Shown here: in pieces, positions 10,303-20,740 of the stretch
Numbering within the stretch: position 1 is the first letter of the stretch
Layout: each line of letters opens with the position of its first letter
Source of the DNA: a virus
Virus record (IMG/VR): IMGVR_UViG_3300021519_000007
Location: 11,998-75,997 of that record
DNA: 64,000 bases
Strand: one strand, 5' to 3'
Program-made: the position numbers and the translations under genes
Notes under the pieces: model-generated
Database searches by the model: none
Told to the model about the DNA's origin: nothing
What the model saw: the letters and a program-made list of their open reading frames with translations, nothing else

Positions 10303-12651
10303 TTATCCGATCACTGTACCATTATGGACTTTAAAAATTGCGACTGTACTAACGTGAGTTCCCTTATAGGACCCCTTAACATGAATAAGGCCACCGTCTA
10401 TATTGCCCCACGTTTTTGCTGCTACAATACTGACAAGTTGGTGCTTGATTTGATCACCAGAATAGCGCGGCTGATGGAAAAATGAGAAGTCTTCTCTGGT
10501 AACCGAGCCCTCAGCATTCCGCATGAAAACTTCTAAATTACCAGAGTTATCAGAATAAAGATGGAACCAGCGTGATGAAGAACCATTGGGCAGGTCTATG
10601 CGCATATCAATGCTCACGTCTTTTCCGGCGGAAACATCGACCTGAAGATGCGTTTTACCTGACACCAACACTTCAATATTTCCAATCAGATCGGGCAGGC
10701 CGCCCGTACCTCCGCCTGTACCCCCGCCCGTGCTACCGCCCTCATTATTTGTGGGGTTTCCCGTGACAGACGCATAAACCTCGGCAAGAAAATCCTCAAC
10801 CAAGTGAACTGTTGGATTAACAGCGGTATCACCAATAATACCCTGGTATGGTTGATACATTGCGAAATGAACATGCGGATAACTATACGTGTGCACATAC
10901 CCTAATACGTCTCCGGCCTTTACTTTTGCGCCAGGTTTTATTCCGCTGGGTAGATCTTTTTGTAGATGGGTATAAAAAAATGTTCCATACTTAGTATGAA
11001 GATGTATGCTTGTGCCGAAGGTTTTTCCATCCGGTACTGTGTAGTTGAATTCTCCTGAGGTTGTGCCCTGTTCATCACCGTTGCCCCACCCCGTAAGCAA
11101 TCCGTCTGCAACAGCAAATACCGGCGTTCCAACCGGCCTGCCTATATCGCAAGCGTAATCAGATTGCCAGTTTCCAAATCCTCTTGAGCAGTGATCGTTT
11201 ACGCCACCGCCCCATTCGCCACTTTTTGGATCGGGAACGGGATAAGCAACATCACCCGATATGGCGGGGAATCCGGCAATCCCGCCAGAGCCTCCCTGTG
11301 TGCCGATTTGTATCGTCACATAGTCTGAGCCAGTGAAACCAAGTTCTTCAGCGGCCTTGTACCAAAGATCAATCTTTGCAAGGTCGCCCTTTGACCCCTT
11401 TGATCCTCCGAATCCAACGTCTCTCTTGTAGAGGACGAGACTCTTGTTCTTGTAGGTGACTTTTACTGGGGTAAGATAGGGAAGATCACCGAGCGCATTA
11501 TAGTTGTTATCGGAGCCGTTGGTTTTGTTTGTGCTAAGTTCGGCATAAGTGTACCAGTTTGCTTTTTGGTCCAGATGGTCGCCCTTGTAACCACCATCAT
11601 CATACGTGCCGGTGTCATTGGGGCCAAAGAATGTTGCCCACACCTCTTGGCTCTGCCCATAGTTAATGGCTGTGTTTCCAGTGTCGCCCGTGGTTCCACC
11701 AGTACCGCTACCGCCGGATGTAAAAGCAATATTGCTTCCGAACTTGCTGGTCCAAATTTCTTCTGCCGTTTTAGCGGGAGCCGCTAGCGGATTATAAACC
11801 AGAGTTGAGATATCTCCTGTCGCCCATGAAGCAATAAGAGATTTAAAGTTGGCGGCAATGGTGCCACGCTTTGCATCAGGGAACTGATTAATAAGATCTT
11901 GAAACGGGTCAACCTTGTGCAAGATATTGTAGTTCTGAAACTTTGTTCCACTTTTTGCAGCACGTGTAGCGGCAGCAGTGTTACCCCCGAGGGAATTAAT
12001 GATCCCACCCTTGCGGCTCGATGCCGTCATTGGGGTCTTAAGAACATCAGACCATTTGTTTGATCTTGCCTGGCCAAGCGAATAGCGATCATTCTCCGAA
12101 ACAATTTCTGCGTGGATAGTCCAGGTCGGAGACACTGTGTCTTTCGACATTACAAGATCTGGTATATCCGTCACCATTATGATGAAGGACCAGCCTCTTG
12201 CGGGGTAGCCAAACTTCAAAAAACTCTGTCGTCTCTCCTTGCCAAGAGAACCCGTTGTCCAGCCAATGTATCTCTTGAAGTAATTGTATATCTCACGTTG
12301 TTTCTTATAGTTCTGGCAGTGCCCAGTGATGACCATCTTGTCAGCGTATGTTGAAAGAATCTGAACAACTTCTCCACCGTAAGTCGAAGTCCTTCTTGTA
12401 TTCATGCCATAGCCCCACGTTATTTCATCCGCACCGGTCTCAATAATAAAGCGCCCGCCAGAGTCTGCGGGAGCACCGGCCATATGAGAAATAAAATCAG
12501 TGTTGTCATTTCTATCGACATCATTTGCTGGTTCAAAGATAAGCCGGATATCAAGTTGCTCTTCAGCAATCAGTCTTCCCTGGTCATTGAATATAGGCTT
12601 AGTCGCTGCCCTGGGATTAAGGATCTCTTTTTCGTGGAAGTAGTTTTTCAT
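10303..12651 (-). CDS. Tail-associated peptidoglycan hydrolase (RlpA-like DPBB + M23 peptidase)
   Basis: DPBB motif 'LPYLTPVKVTYKNKSLVLYKRDVG..KIDLWYKAAEELGF'. M23 motifs 'DIGRPVGTPVFAVADG', 'YTHL', 'VKAGDVLGYV', 'PHVHF'. Confidence 0.8.
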   Translation of the reverse strand: MKNYFHEKEILNPRAATKPIFNDQGRLIAEEQLDIRLIFEPANDVDRNDNTDFISHMAGAPADSGGRFIIETGADEITWGYGMNTRRTSTYGGEVVQILSTYADKMVITGHCQNYKKQREIYNYFKRYIGWTTGSLGKERRQSFLKFGYPARGWSFIIMVTDIPDLVMSKDTVSPTWTIHAEIVSENDRYSLGQARSNKWSDVLKTPMTASSRKGGIINSLGGNTAAATRAAKSGTKFQNYNILHKVDPFQDLINQFPDAKRGTIAANFKSLIASWATGDISTLVYNPLAAPAKTAEEIWTSKFGSNIAFTSGGSGTGGTTGDTGNTAINYGQSQEVWATFFGPNDTGTYDDGGYKGDHLDQKANWYTYAELSTNKTNGSDNNYNALGDLPYLTPVKVTYKNKSLVLYKRDVGFGGSKGSKGDLAKIDLWYKAAEELGFTGSDYVTIQIGTQGGSGGIAGFPAISGDVAYPVPDPKSGEWGGGVNDHCSRGFGNWQSDYACDIGRPVGTPVFAVADGLLTGWGNGDEQGTTSGEFNYTVPDGKTFGTSIHLHTKYGTFFYTHLQKDLPSGIKPGAKVKAGDVLGYVHTYSYPHVHFAMYQPYQGIIGDTAVNPTVHLVEDFLAEVYASVTGNPTNNEGGSTGGGTGGGTGGLPDLIGNIEVLVSGKTHLQVDVSAGKDVSIDMRIDLPNGSSSRWFHLYSDNSGNLEVFMRNAEGSVTREDFSFFHQPRYSGDQIKHQLVSIVAAKTWGNIDGGLIHVKGSYKGTHVSTVAIFKVHNGTVIG

Positions 12652-12670
12652 TTATTTAAGTTGTTGGTTC

Positions 12671-14965
12671 TTAATTACCGATTCCGATTGCGTCAACAAT
12701 AGTTGATCCAATGCCAATCGCAGCGTTCACGGGATTCGGATTCTCTATATACTTAGATGTAAACGATGGGTCAATCAATTTCTTTGCATCCTTTGATAAA
12801 TTAATAGTAAGTTTAATATCACCCTTAGATTGTTGTCCAGGCTTCAACAGTTTGTTTTCAAGATCCTTTTGCTTTTTTGTGAGGAAATCCCAGGTTGTTC
12901 CCGCACTCCCCTTGTCGTTCCCTATTGCGTTTAGGTCTCTCTTAAAATTGTTGAGGTTACCGCCGGAGTCCTTTATGGCCGCTTCCAGGGTTGATATTTG
13001 ATCAGCATATGTAGACGTTACTTCGCTGCTTGTGCCGGTCGTTAAGTTTATCTTTCTAGATCCGAGGACCGTTGGATCTGTTAAGAATTTTTTAGATTTT
13101 GCATTCCTTGTAGCATTGTTCAGTGCGTCTTGTACAGCCTGGCCCTTGTTGTCGTTTCTTATTGTTGATGTTTTGGGACCGGTCTTAGAGGTTGCCGCGC
13201 TAGAGAACAGGGTCGCTAGCACACCCTCGTTTTGATAATCCCTTAAACCGACACTAACCAGGTTTCTCACATCGTCGGGCTCAAGACCATACAGATTCTT
13301 AAGCATTGATACCCTGTATGCAAATGCCGCATCAGTTTGCATTTTTTGATCAAATGTAGCAACGTCTTTGACATTGCCAATCTGCTGTTCAACCTGCTGA
13401 GCCGCCGTCTTCAGAAGCAATCCGGGATTGTTTCGAACAAGTATGAAAGGAACCTTATTTTGATTGGCTGCTATCATGTTGATGTTCATGTTACCACCCG
13501 ATGAAATGTTCTGAAGGCCAGGCGTTTTAAATCCACCCGCATTAGCCGCGGCAAGGCCTTGCTGTGTTACCTGCAAAGACGTTCGAGCATTGAGGGGTTG
13601 TTGCTTTGCGGCCTCAACGGTGGCTTGAATAGAGTTTGCCATTTGTTCGAGGCTCATGCTGGAAGCGGCGGCCGCTTTGGGAAGTTCGTCTCTGAGTAGA
13701 CGTGTAAGGTTTTCAAGTTCTTTTGTTGTCCCACCCTGTCTCATAAACTGTTCATAGAATGGTGCAAGAGTTCCTGCGCCTAACTGTGTGTTTGTCATCA
13801 CATCTGTCATCGAGCCATAATAGGCATCGTATGCCTTTTCGTGCCCCGGTCCGCCAAGCCCCATTCCTTCTACTGTTGCTCTTGCTGCAGCAGTTTGCTC
13901 AGGGCTCAAGCCCATACTAAATAATGAATCTACACGTGTCTGAAGGCTTCTACTAAGGCTTGTCTGATATCCCTGGCTAAATGGGTTGTAACTAAATCCG
14001 TAACCAAGACCCGCTGCAGATCGAGCAGGATCGTAAAGAGTGCCCTTGGTGAATTTATAGGCTTCGATACCCGCATCGATGGCCATCCCGACTGGCCCTG
14101 CCATTCTTGCTCCTGCCATCATGAGTTCGCCAGCACCAGCCGCCATCCCGGCAAATCCCTCTGCGGCCGGTGCTACCCTTGCTGCAACCGCCCTAACTGC
14201 TGGGTTTTTGCTTTCTTGTAGGGCGGCAAGACTTGAACCACCAGAAAACATTTTTCCCTTGAGCGTTGCAAGGTTTCTTTTTATATCCGCTTGCCCAAGA
14301 TTCTCGTTTTGAAGATTTTCATGTGCTTTACGCTCCCTGGCTGTCCAACTGTCGTCCGGGGTAAGACCAAGCGCAACCTCTCTGGACGCATTGGGGTCCC
14401 CATGCAGAATGGTTCTCTTCTCCGCTATACTTAAATTGTCATACGCCCCTTCTGCTGCATACGAATTAGAGAAAGCACCGTATAAAGCCTCGCCTACGTT
14501 GTAGACGGTCCCCGCTTTGCTTCCCCTTATGCTTCTCCCAATGCCCGAAAGGGCCGCACTTGTGCCACGACCTGTAGCAAACTGATAGTTTGTAAGCCTG
14601 TTGAAGACACCGCTCGCACCAGAGCCAGCACCACGAGAGCGGGAAATCTGTTCGTTGTACATTTCCTCCCAGCCAGCGGCACCAAATTTGTCTTGGGCCC
14701 ATTTGTCTACGTCACCATCGTAACCTTCACTTCTGGCACGAAGCGTGTCTCGTGTTTTTGCGCTTGAGCGTGCCACAAAAGATGTTACCTGGTCTCCCGT
14801 ACCAGCAATAAGCGATCGCGCATCTTGTGCCGTAGCACTTGTTTCGTTTTTATTTTCTTCAGACTTAATCCTGCCAAACTGAATTTCCGATATAAGCGCT
14901 CTAAGAAGTTGAGCCTCTAGGCTTTCATGAGGGCCCTTGGGAGGCACGTTGGAAGCATCAGCCAT
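12671..14965 (-). CDS. Tape measure protein
   Basis: 764 aa, Ala/Gly-rich helical protein directly after the frameshifted tail chaperones. Confidence 0.75.
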   Translation of the reverse strand: MADASNVPPKGPHESLEAQLLRALISEIQFGRIKSEENKNETSATAQDARSLIAGTGDQVTSFVARSSAKTRDTLRARSEGYDGDVDKWAQDKFGAAGWEEMYNEQISRSRGAGSGASGVFNRLTNYQFATGRGTSAALSGIGRSIRGSKAGTVYNVGEALYGAFSNSYAAEGAYDNLSIAEKRTILHGDPNASREVALGLTPDDSWTARERKAHENLQNENLGQADIKRNLATLKGKMFSGGSSLAALQESKNPAVRAVAARVAPAAEGFAGMAAGAGELMMAGARMAGPVGMAIDAGIEAYKFTKGTLYDPARSAAGLGYGFSYNPFSQGYQTSLSRSLQTRVDSLFSMGLSPEQTAAARATVEGMGLGGPGHEKAYDAYYGSMTDVMTNTQLGAGTLAPFYEQFMRQGGTTKELENLTRLLRDELPKAAAASSMSLEQMANSIQATVEAAKQQPLNARTSLQVTQQGLAAANAGGFKTPGLQNISSGGNMNINMIAANQNKVPFILVRNNPGLLLKTAAQQVEQQIGNVKDVATFDQKMQTDAAFAYRVSMLKNLYGLEPDDVRNLVSVGLRDYQNEGVLATLFSSAATSKTGPKTSTIRNDNKGQAVQDALNNATRNAKSKKFLTDPTVLGSRKINLTTGTSSEVTSTYADQISTLEAAIKDSGGNLNNFKRDLNAIGNDKGSAGTTWDFLTKKQKDLENKLLKPGQQSKGDIKLTINLSKDAKKLIDPSFTSKYIENPNPVNAAIGIGSTIVDAIGIGN

Positions 14966-14967
14966 TA

Positions 14968-15803
14968 TTACTCACCACTCTCTGTGTAAAAGCCGAACTG
15001 TTCGAGCGCTTCAAGCATGGTCTCCATGCTGTCCTCGGAAAATCCTGGATTTTCTGGATCGAACTCTTCGATTTCTTGGACATCAAAATCATCCTCGTGG
15101 TCTTCCTCGTTAAGGATTTGTCTCGCAGATTCTGGAAATGCAATTGCCGCCTGCATTTTGAATCTCATTGATTCTTTTCTTCTATCTTCGGTAATTTCTA
15201 ATTTAATAATTTCCTGCATGGCGTAACGTTGGAGGTAATTTAAATCCCCAACGAGGAGGCCCTGTCTATCAAGAAGCCGGAGGAGGGCTAACCAGTAATC
15301 CGACTTCTGTTTTATTTTCCCTGCAACTCCTGAAATGCGTTTATCTGTCTGTCAATCAAGATCAGATAGTGCTGGTATAGTTCGCTTATAATTATCCAAT
15401 ACCATCTGTTTTTGATATATGAAAACTTTTGACGTATGTTGTTCTTTACGTCCGGCCCAAGGTTACGCATGAGCGGTCTGCCGTCGATTGTCTCAATAGA
15501 AGCAGCAACAGTGGCCGCCGCAAGGGCCTTGGCTTCCGCAATTCCGCCCTCATGCTCTTTACAAATCTCAGCGATTGCCAACTCCTCGCCAATTTTTAAC
15601 GTGCGGATCACAAAAATATGACCCGCAAGTTCAACCTCTGCAGAAATTGAACCGTTGATCAACAAGTTTTCGATGTCTGTTCTTAAAGACGGCGTAACTT
15701 GCTCATCATTTTCAAATTCTTTTTCCTCATCCGTCGGAGAGGATTCATCTGTGTACTGATCGATAGAACTATCGAAGACTTCAGAGAAAATATCATTCTG
15801 CAT
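14968..15803 (-). CDS. Tail assembly chaperone, long form via programmed -1 frameshift
   Basis: Slippery G-GGA-AAA (15315-15321) just before the TAA. The -1 frame (KIKQKSDYWLALLRLLDRQGLLVGDLNYLQRYAMQEII...) is open into ORF 14968..15219. Confidence 0.85.
15312..15803 (-). CDS. Tail assembly chaperone, short form
   Basis: 163 aa, acidic, between tube and tape measure; ends in ...LQGK at the slippery site. Confidence 0.85.
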   Translation of the reverse strand: MQNDIFSEVFDSSIDQYTDESSPTDEEKEFENDEQVTPSLRTDIENLLINGSISAEVELAGHIFVIRTLKIGEELAIAEICKEHEGGIAEAKALAAATVAASIETIDGRPLMRNLGPDVKNNIRQKFSYIKNRWYWIIISELYQHYLILIDRQINAFQELQGK

Positions 15804-15851
15804 GTTGCATCACCTTACTCTTTATGTTAGAGGTATAGAGCCCATGATAGC

Positions 15852-15879
15852 AAAAAAAGAGCCGCCATAAAGGCGGCCC
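15852..15879 (-). terminator. Rho-independent terminator after tail tube gene
   Basis: GGGCCGCC-TTTAT-GGCGGCTC followed by T7 on the minus strand. Confidence 0.8.
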
Positions 15880-15906
15880 TTTCCATATAACTATATTAAT
15901 GTGATG

Positions 15907-16524
15907 TTAAACGAATGAGCCGTAGTTACCCAGGCCGTAGTTGTTGAGAAGAGTACCAGCAGCGGGCTGGTCAGTATCGATACCAGGAGCATTGGTATTA
16001 GCATCTGTTCTTGTTGCGTGTGTATATGCAATAGTGAGTTGCTTAACAATTTGCATTGTCGTGACATCGATCTGCTCACCATCATCAATCGAGGTGATAA
16101 CGCAGTTGTGGTAGATCTCACCATATGGCTTTAGGTCCTTGTCACCCTGAAGGTCCTTTGGGGGAACGATGACCTTGACGGCCTCAATCGGCTCAGAGAT
16201 TGATGCAAGCGTAAAGAACACGTCCGCAAGATCATTTGGTCTCGAGTTCTTGCTGCCCGTTGCAACCTGGATGATTCTATCCCACACCTTAGAGTTGTAG
16301 AGTTCCAACATCGTAATGTCCAGGTAGCCCTCAGAGACGGCGCCAGGGGTGATGATCTGAAGAGGGTAGCGTGCATCCAGGGGTTGGATTGGGTATGGTC
16401 TATTCACTGGCTGCGGTGAACGAACACTAACGTTCTGCGCAAAGGCAACCGGCTGCGACTTCCAATAAAAGGCCGTAAAGCCCGATCCGCCTACGCGGAA
16501 TTTTTCACGATTAGTAAATGACAT
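15907..16524 (-). CDS. Tail tube protein
   Basis: 205 aa directly after the sheath; tube-like 'IYHNCVITSIDDGEQID'. Confidence 0.8.
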   Translation of the reverse strand: MSFTNREKFRVGGSGFTAFYWKSQPVAFAQNVSVRSPQPVNRPYPIQPLDARYPLQIITPGAVSEGYLDITMLELYNSKVWDRIIQVATGSKNSRPNDLADVFFTLASISEPIEAVKVIVPPKDLQGDKDLKPYGEIYHNCVITSIDDGEQIDVTTMQIVKQLTIAYTHATRTDANTNAPGIDTDQPAAGTLLNNYGLGNYGSFV

Positions 16525-16535
16525 AAATTAATTCC

Positions 16536-18593
16536 TTATTGGGCGTTGAAGGTTCCGGTGATTGTGTCGAGTGCTATTGCAACCTCGATGTTATTGATTG
16601 CATACGGTAGAGAGTATGAGAATCTAATTGTCATCGACGTTGCCGAGGTTGTGGAGATTGTCGCGGTAACTCCACTGTAGTTCGTGATTGCACCGCTGTT
16701 CTTGAGATACTCAAGAACCTTCGTGACCGATGTACCCACGATGAACGGAGCCCTTGCGTCTGTTAGGACACGACCAATGATATTCTCGTCAAGGGTCTTA
16801 GAGATCGACTCAATCATGTAGAATTTAGAGCGCATAGCATTGAGTTCACGCTTGTTGTCGTCGTTGACAGCGGTAGTGATAGCATGTCGCACACGCACCA
16901 CACCGTTCTTGCTCTCGACAACCATGAGTCCAACTGTGGAGTCGTTGATCTTTTCTGCTTCGGTTCTGTACACAGCGACATCGTTGATGCCCGGGATAGA
17001 TCTACGCGTCACAGAACTCTGAACCGGGCTACCGGCCAGCATGCCAGCGATAGAAGCCGCAATGTACTGCCCACCGATAACGCTCATCTTGCCTGTGACA
17101 GGATTGGAGATCTTAAATGCAGATGGGGAAACAAGAACCGTTCTTTCAGACAGAGCCTGTTGACTAAGGATCTTGGCGTGCTGCTGTAGCGTATCGTTTG
17201 ACGCTTTGCCAGTTAGCGAGGTGCCGTCATTCGTTGAGTCCTCACCGAAGATGGCGATCACATATTCATTGTTCTGACTCATCTCATTGATGTGATCAAC
17301 AAACTTAATCTGGATTGCTGCGATTGTATCGTCCGTGATGTTGCTGTTTTGACCGACAGCAGGGACTAGTACGTTGATTGCGCCCTGATCTCTGAGCGCA
17401 CCCAGCGTAACCGCCCAATGGTTCGGGTTGGACTCCGTGCCTTGGACGCGAACACCGTCAGCATCGGCCGCATAAAGGGCCTGAGCCACGATTTGGTTTG
17501 AGCCCGATCGGAAGCACATGTAGGCTGCTGCAGAAAGAGGGCTGATAACATTACCGTGAGAATCAAACGCCGGTCCAAACTTGTTCTCTAGTTCATGATA
17601 AGAAGAGAACAGCGTTGGGACATAGTAATTCGTATCGATATACTGGTATCCAACACGAACGTTGGCGGCGTTTCTGTCAAGACCTATCATTGTGGGTCCA
17701 TCAATATTACGCATCATTGTGAACGATGTCGCCGCCGCGGCTGACGGGGAAAACGAGAATTGAAAATCAACTCCCGGGTTTCCGTTTATGCCTGCCGTGA
17801 AAACAGCGACATTGCTTGTTCCGGAGGAGAGATTAAGCGCATTGCATACGACAATTGAGTCGGTGTCAATACCGTCGACCTCGTGTAAAAGCGTCGCATA
17901 GGTCTGGCCTGTAAGAACAACAACCTCGTCGGTGTAGGTATTCAGCCCACCCGTGGTTGTGTAGGAAACATATACAGTTTGGCTCGACATTATGTGGCAA
18001 TCGCCTGGATTTGCACCAAAGTCTGCTGCAGCACGGCGAATTCGACCGTTAGATAAATTAACTTCATAGTCTGTGCCGACCACATAGGCCCCAGCACGCT
18101 GAATGGAAATGTTGGAACCGCTCGGTGCATCACCTGACGTAGAAATCGTTCCACCATTGCTGGGTGTAACAACCCCCGTCTCATTGTCATAAGAGAAAGA
18201 GATATCATTCGTGACAACACCAGATGGTGAAGTCGTCTTGATCACAGCAACAACGCTCTCCGTAGAGGAGATTGTGGTGTAGAGGCTTCTCCTAATAGAT
18301 GTGACGCCATTGACGTCCGTAGTTAGCGTGTAATCCTTATCCGAGCCTTGAGTATAAACCGTATTGAGTCTATTGATATCACGAACAACAAACGTGCTCG
18401 CAGGAGACGTCTTAATGTTTGTGCCAGTCAGTTCGACTGGGTCGCTGTCTAGCAGATATTTAATTTGATTTTGCTCTTGGTGTCCGCGAGCAAGTCCCAC
18501 AATGCCGACAACTGTCGGTTGATCAAGAACAGTAGCCGTATTTGGTGTGTCGACTTCTGTTACTAAAATTCCAGGTGTTTGATAACCAGCCAT
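16536..18593 (-). CDS. Contractile tail sheath protein
   Basis: Starts MAGYQTPGILVTE. C-terminal sheath motifs 'IAASIAGMLA', 'VRVRHAITT', 'YSLPYAINNIEV'. Confidence 0.9.
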   Translation of the reverse strand: MAGYQTPGILVTEVDTPNTATVLDQPTVVGIVGLARGHQEQNQIKYLLDSDPVELTGTNIKTSPASTFVVRDINRLNTVYTQGSDKDYTLTTDVNGVTSIRRSLYTTISSTESVVAVIKTTSPSGVVTNDISFSYDNETGVVTPSNGGTISTSGDAPSGSNISIQRAGAYVVGTDYEVNLSNGRIRRAAADFGANPGDCHIMSSQTVYVSYTTTGGLNTYTDEVVVLTGQTYATLLHEVDGIDTDSIVVCNALNLSSGTSNVAVFTAGINGNPGVDFQFSFSPSAAAATSFTMMRNIDGPTMIGLDRNAANVRVGYQYIDTNYYVPTLFSSYHELENKFGPAFDSHGNVISPLSAAAYMCFRSGSNQIVAQALYAADADGVRVQGTESNPNHWAVTLGALRDQGAINVLVPAVGQNSNITDDTIAAIQIKFVDHINEMSQNNEYVIAIFGEDSTNDGTSLTGKASNDTLQQHAKILSQQALSERTVLVSPSAFKISNPVTGKMSVIGGQYIAASIAGMLAGSPVQSSVTRRSIPGINDVAVYRTEAEKINDSTVGLMVVESKNGVVRVRHAITTAVNDDNKRELNAMRSKFYMIESISKTLDENIIGRVLTDARAPFIVGTSVTKVLEYLKNSGAITNYSGVTATISTTSATSMTIRFSYSLPYAINNIEVAIALDTITGTFNAQ

Positions 18594-18653
18594 TCGTTAT
18601 GATTTCTCCAATCAAAGATTATACGTTAGGAGTGGTTAGATTAATTGGTATCA

Positions 18654-19370
18654 CTATTTTTCAGTAGAAGATATAACGCCTCTACCTCTTACGTAGAAGG
18701 GATCAAGCGTATTACTGCCAACGATTTCAAGAAGTTTCTCTTGCTCTCTTTCAAACGGCTGACCACCGTATACAATAATGTCTTCAACATAACTGACGAC
18801 ATCAGATTCTTTTAATGTATTGTAGAATCCACCGCTGCAGCCAACTGAGTATCCACTTTGATATATCAGCGCATCTTCCGAGTCCCACATCGTAGACATT
18901 GTCGTGTCTCCAAGCGGTGTCAGATAGTCTGATCGGAATGCAATCTGAGCGGAATCGGCAACATCGTCATAAACGATTTCAAAAAATCTATTAAGAAGCG
19001 CGTCAAGATGACCAAAGCCGAGCAGTTCCATTACGCTGTCCGTTAAAACATCTATGTCAAGTGGGCTTAGGGCAACACATTGTAGTTGTATTGAGCCCTC
19101 GAATAGAAAATGTTTTGCGGGTATAGTAAGAAAATTGTCAGACTGCAGGTATTCGATATGACCCACGCCTGCACTTTTGACTGTGTTCTCGTTGTAGGAG
19201 ATGATAATCCCCGGGAACTGTTCTCTCTTCAGGGGGAAGTTTGTGGAAATGTAAAGGTTTTGAAGTTGGGGATCGGGATAGTTTTCCGAGAATACTGTCT
19301 TCAGCGCTGAGACAAGCGTTCGCTTTATCAGTCTCTTGTACTGTACTGCGGGTTCTGGTCGTAGAGCCAT
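18654..19370 (-). CDS. Tail terminator/completion protein
   Basis: 238 aa upstream of the sheath; 'FPGIIISYNE' style typical of tail-completion proteins. Confidence 0.55.
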   Translation of the reverse strand: MALRPEPAVQYKRLIKRTLVSALKTVFSENYPDPQLQNLYISTNFPLKREQFPGIIISYNENTVKSAGVGHIEYLQSDNFLTIPAKHFLFEGSIQLQCVALSPLDIDVLTDSVMELLGFGHLDALLNRFFEIVYDDVADSAQIAFRSDYLTPLGDTTMSTMWDSEDALIYQSGYSVGCSGGFYNTLKESDVVSYVEDIIVYGGQPFEREQEKLLEIVGSNTLDPFYVRGRGVISSTEK

Positions 19371-20740
19371 TATGTGTACTCTCCTTGCGCATCATTATAG
19401 TACGGGTGACCGACAAGTGCCTTGGCATCAGAAGAACTAAAGGCTCCAGTATTTGAATTGGTAACCACAAACTGTGTTGATGTTGCACTGTATATTACGG
19501 CATCTGCGATTTCCCACCAGAGAGAAGTTGTGGGGGTAACATCGTTTACCACAGTGACCTTCTGTCCAGCGGCAAACGTATTGTCCGCCGTATAGGTTAT
19601 TCTTGTTCCATCCCCAGAGACATCTGTTACCGGCGTAAAGTATCTGGTCACGCCAATAAATAGACCTTCTGTCAAAACAATAGATTCGCCAGATATCGGC
19701 TGAACGCCCATACCCATTGCTACACCCGAAAGATCTACACTTGAAGAGCCCTGGGAAAATCCGTCAAGCAGTGGCTGGTAATTGTAAAGTTCAATAGCGG
19801 ATATTGAATACTGGAATGCAGAAAAGACTGTTGAGAAGTCTGGAGCATTGATAACGTATGGGGTGGATTCTTCAAGCACCACACCGTGTCCAACCACAAA
19901 ACCATCACCCGATTGACCAAAGGGAGGATTCGCAATGAAATCGTACTGGACCGGGAAGTCGTCCTCGCCATAGGAAATTGCGGACCCTTCAGTCACACTA
20001 GACTCAACAACACCCTCAGACACGTCGGCAAACATATAAGAACTTCCCGCTACAACAAAGAACTCATCCCATATAGCCTCGATTACTGTAACACCAATAA
20101 TTATTGTGTTATCTGGCGTATCAGCATTTATAGCGTACACATTAGAAACAGTTGAAGATGACAAGATTGTTCCTGAAAGACGGTGGATGCCACCCTCTCT
20201 CTTGGTTAATATGGACGCAACGCCTATAGATGTAGAATTGTCTTCCGCAGAGTATCTGTCTCGGTAAAGGACTCCTCCAATACCGAACAGAACAGTGGAG
20301 TTCGCCGGAGATATAAAATCGTCTTTCCATTCTGAAAAACTAATGCCGTAGACAAGGGCGCTTTCTTCCCCGTCTATACCCAGGAAAGATGAGACAGACG
20401 CCATGCCTTCACCTACCGTGTCAAAATCCACAAACCCACTGTCCGCGGAGTTCGCTTCTGCAACACCAAGGACGGTGTCGAGGTCCTCAAAGGCCTTAAG
20501 AGCAACAAATTTTATTACACCCGTGCCCGATATAATTGATTCGTCTACCGCATCAAAAGTATCCAGGTCGACAATCTCAACAAAACCGGTAACCCTCCGG
20601 AAGGAGCCGCCACTCTCCTGGTCGGTGAAATCAATTGTTGCCACACCGACTACAGAATCAAAATCTTCTTTAAGATTGTATAAATCATTAGCACTAGGTC
20701 TAGCAACACCTATTGCGTATCTCTCTACATATGTGGGCAT
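19370..20740 (-). CDS. Acidic virion structural protein
   Basis: 456 aa, S/G/V/D-rich and beta-rich; coupled in the neck operon. Confidence 0.55.
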   Translation of the reverse strand: MPTYVERYAIGVARPSANDLYNLKEDFDSVVGVATIDFTDQESGGSFRRVTGFVEIVDLDTFDAVDESIISGTGVIKFVALKAFEDLDTVLGVAEANSADSGFVDFDTVGEGMASVSSFLGIDGEESALVYGISFSEWKDDFISPANSTVLFGIGGVLYRDRYSAEDNSTSIGVASILTKREGGIHRLSGTILSSSTVSNVYAINADTPDNTIIIGVTVIEAIWDEFFVVAGSSYMFADVSEGVVESSVTEGSAISYGEDDFPVQYDFIANPPFGQSGDGFVVGHGVVLEESTPYVINAPDFSTVFSAFQYSISAIELYNYQPLLDGFSQGSSSVDLSGVAMGMGVQPISGESIVLTEGLFIGVTRYFTPVTDVSGDGTRITYTADNTFAAGQKVTVVNDVTPTTSLWWEIADAVIYSATSTQFVVTNSNTGAFSSSDAKALVGHPYYNDAQGEYT

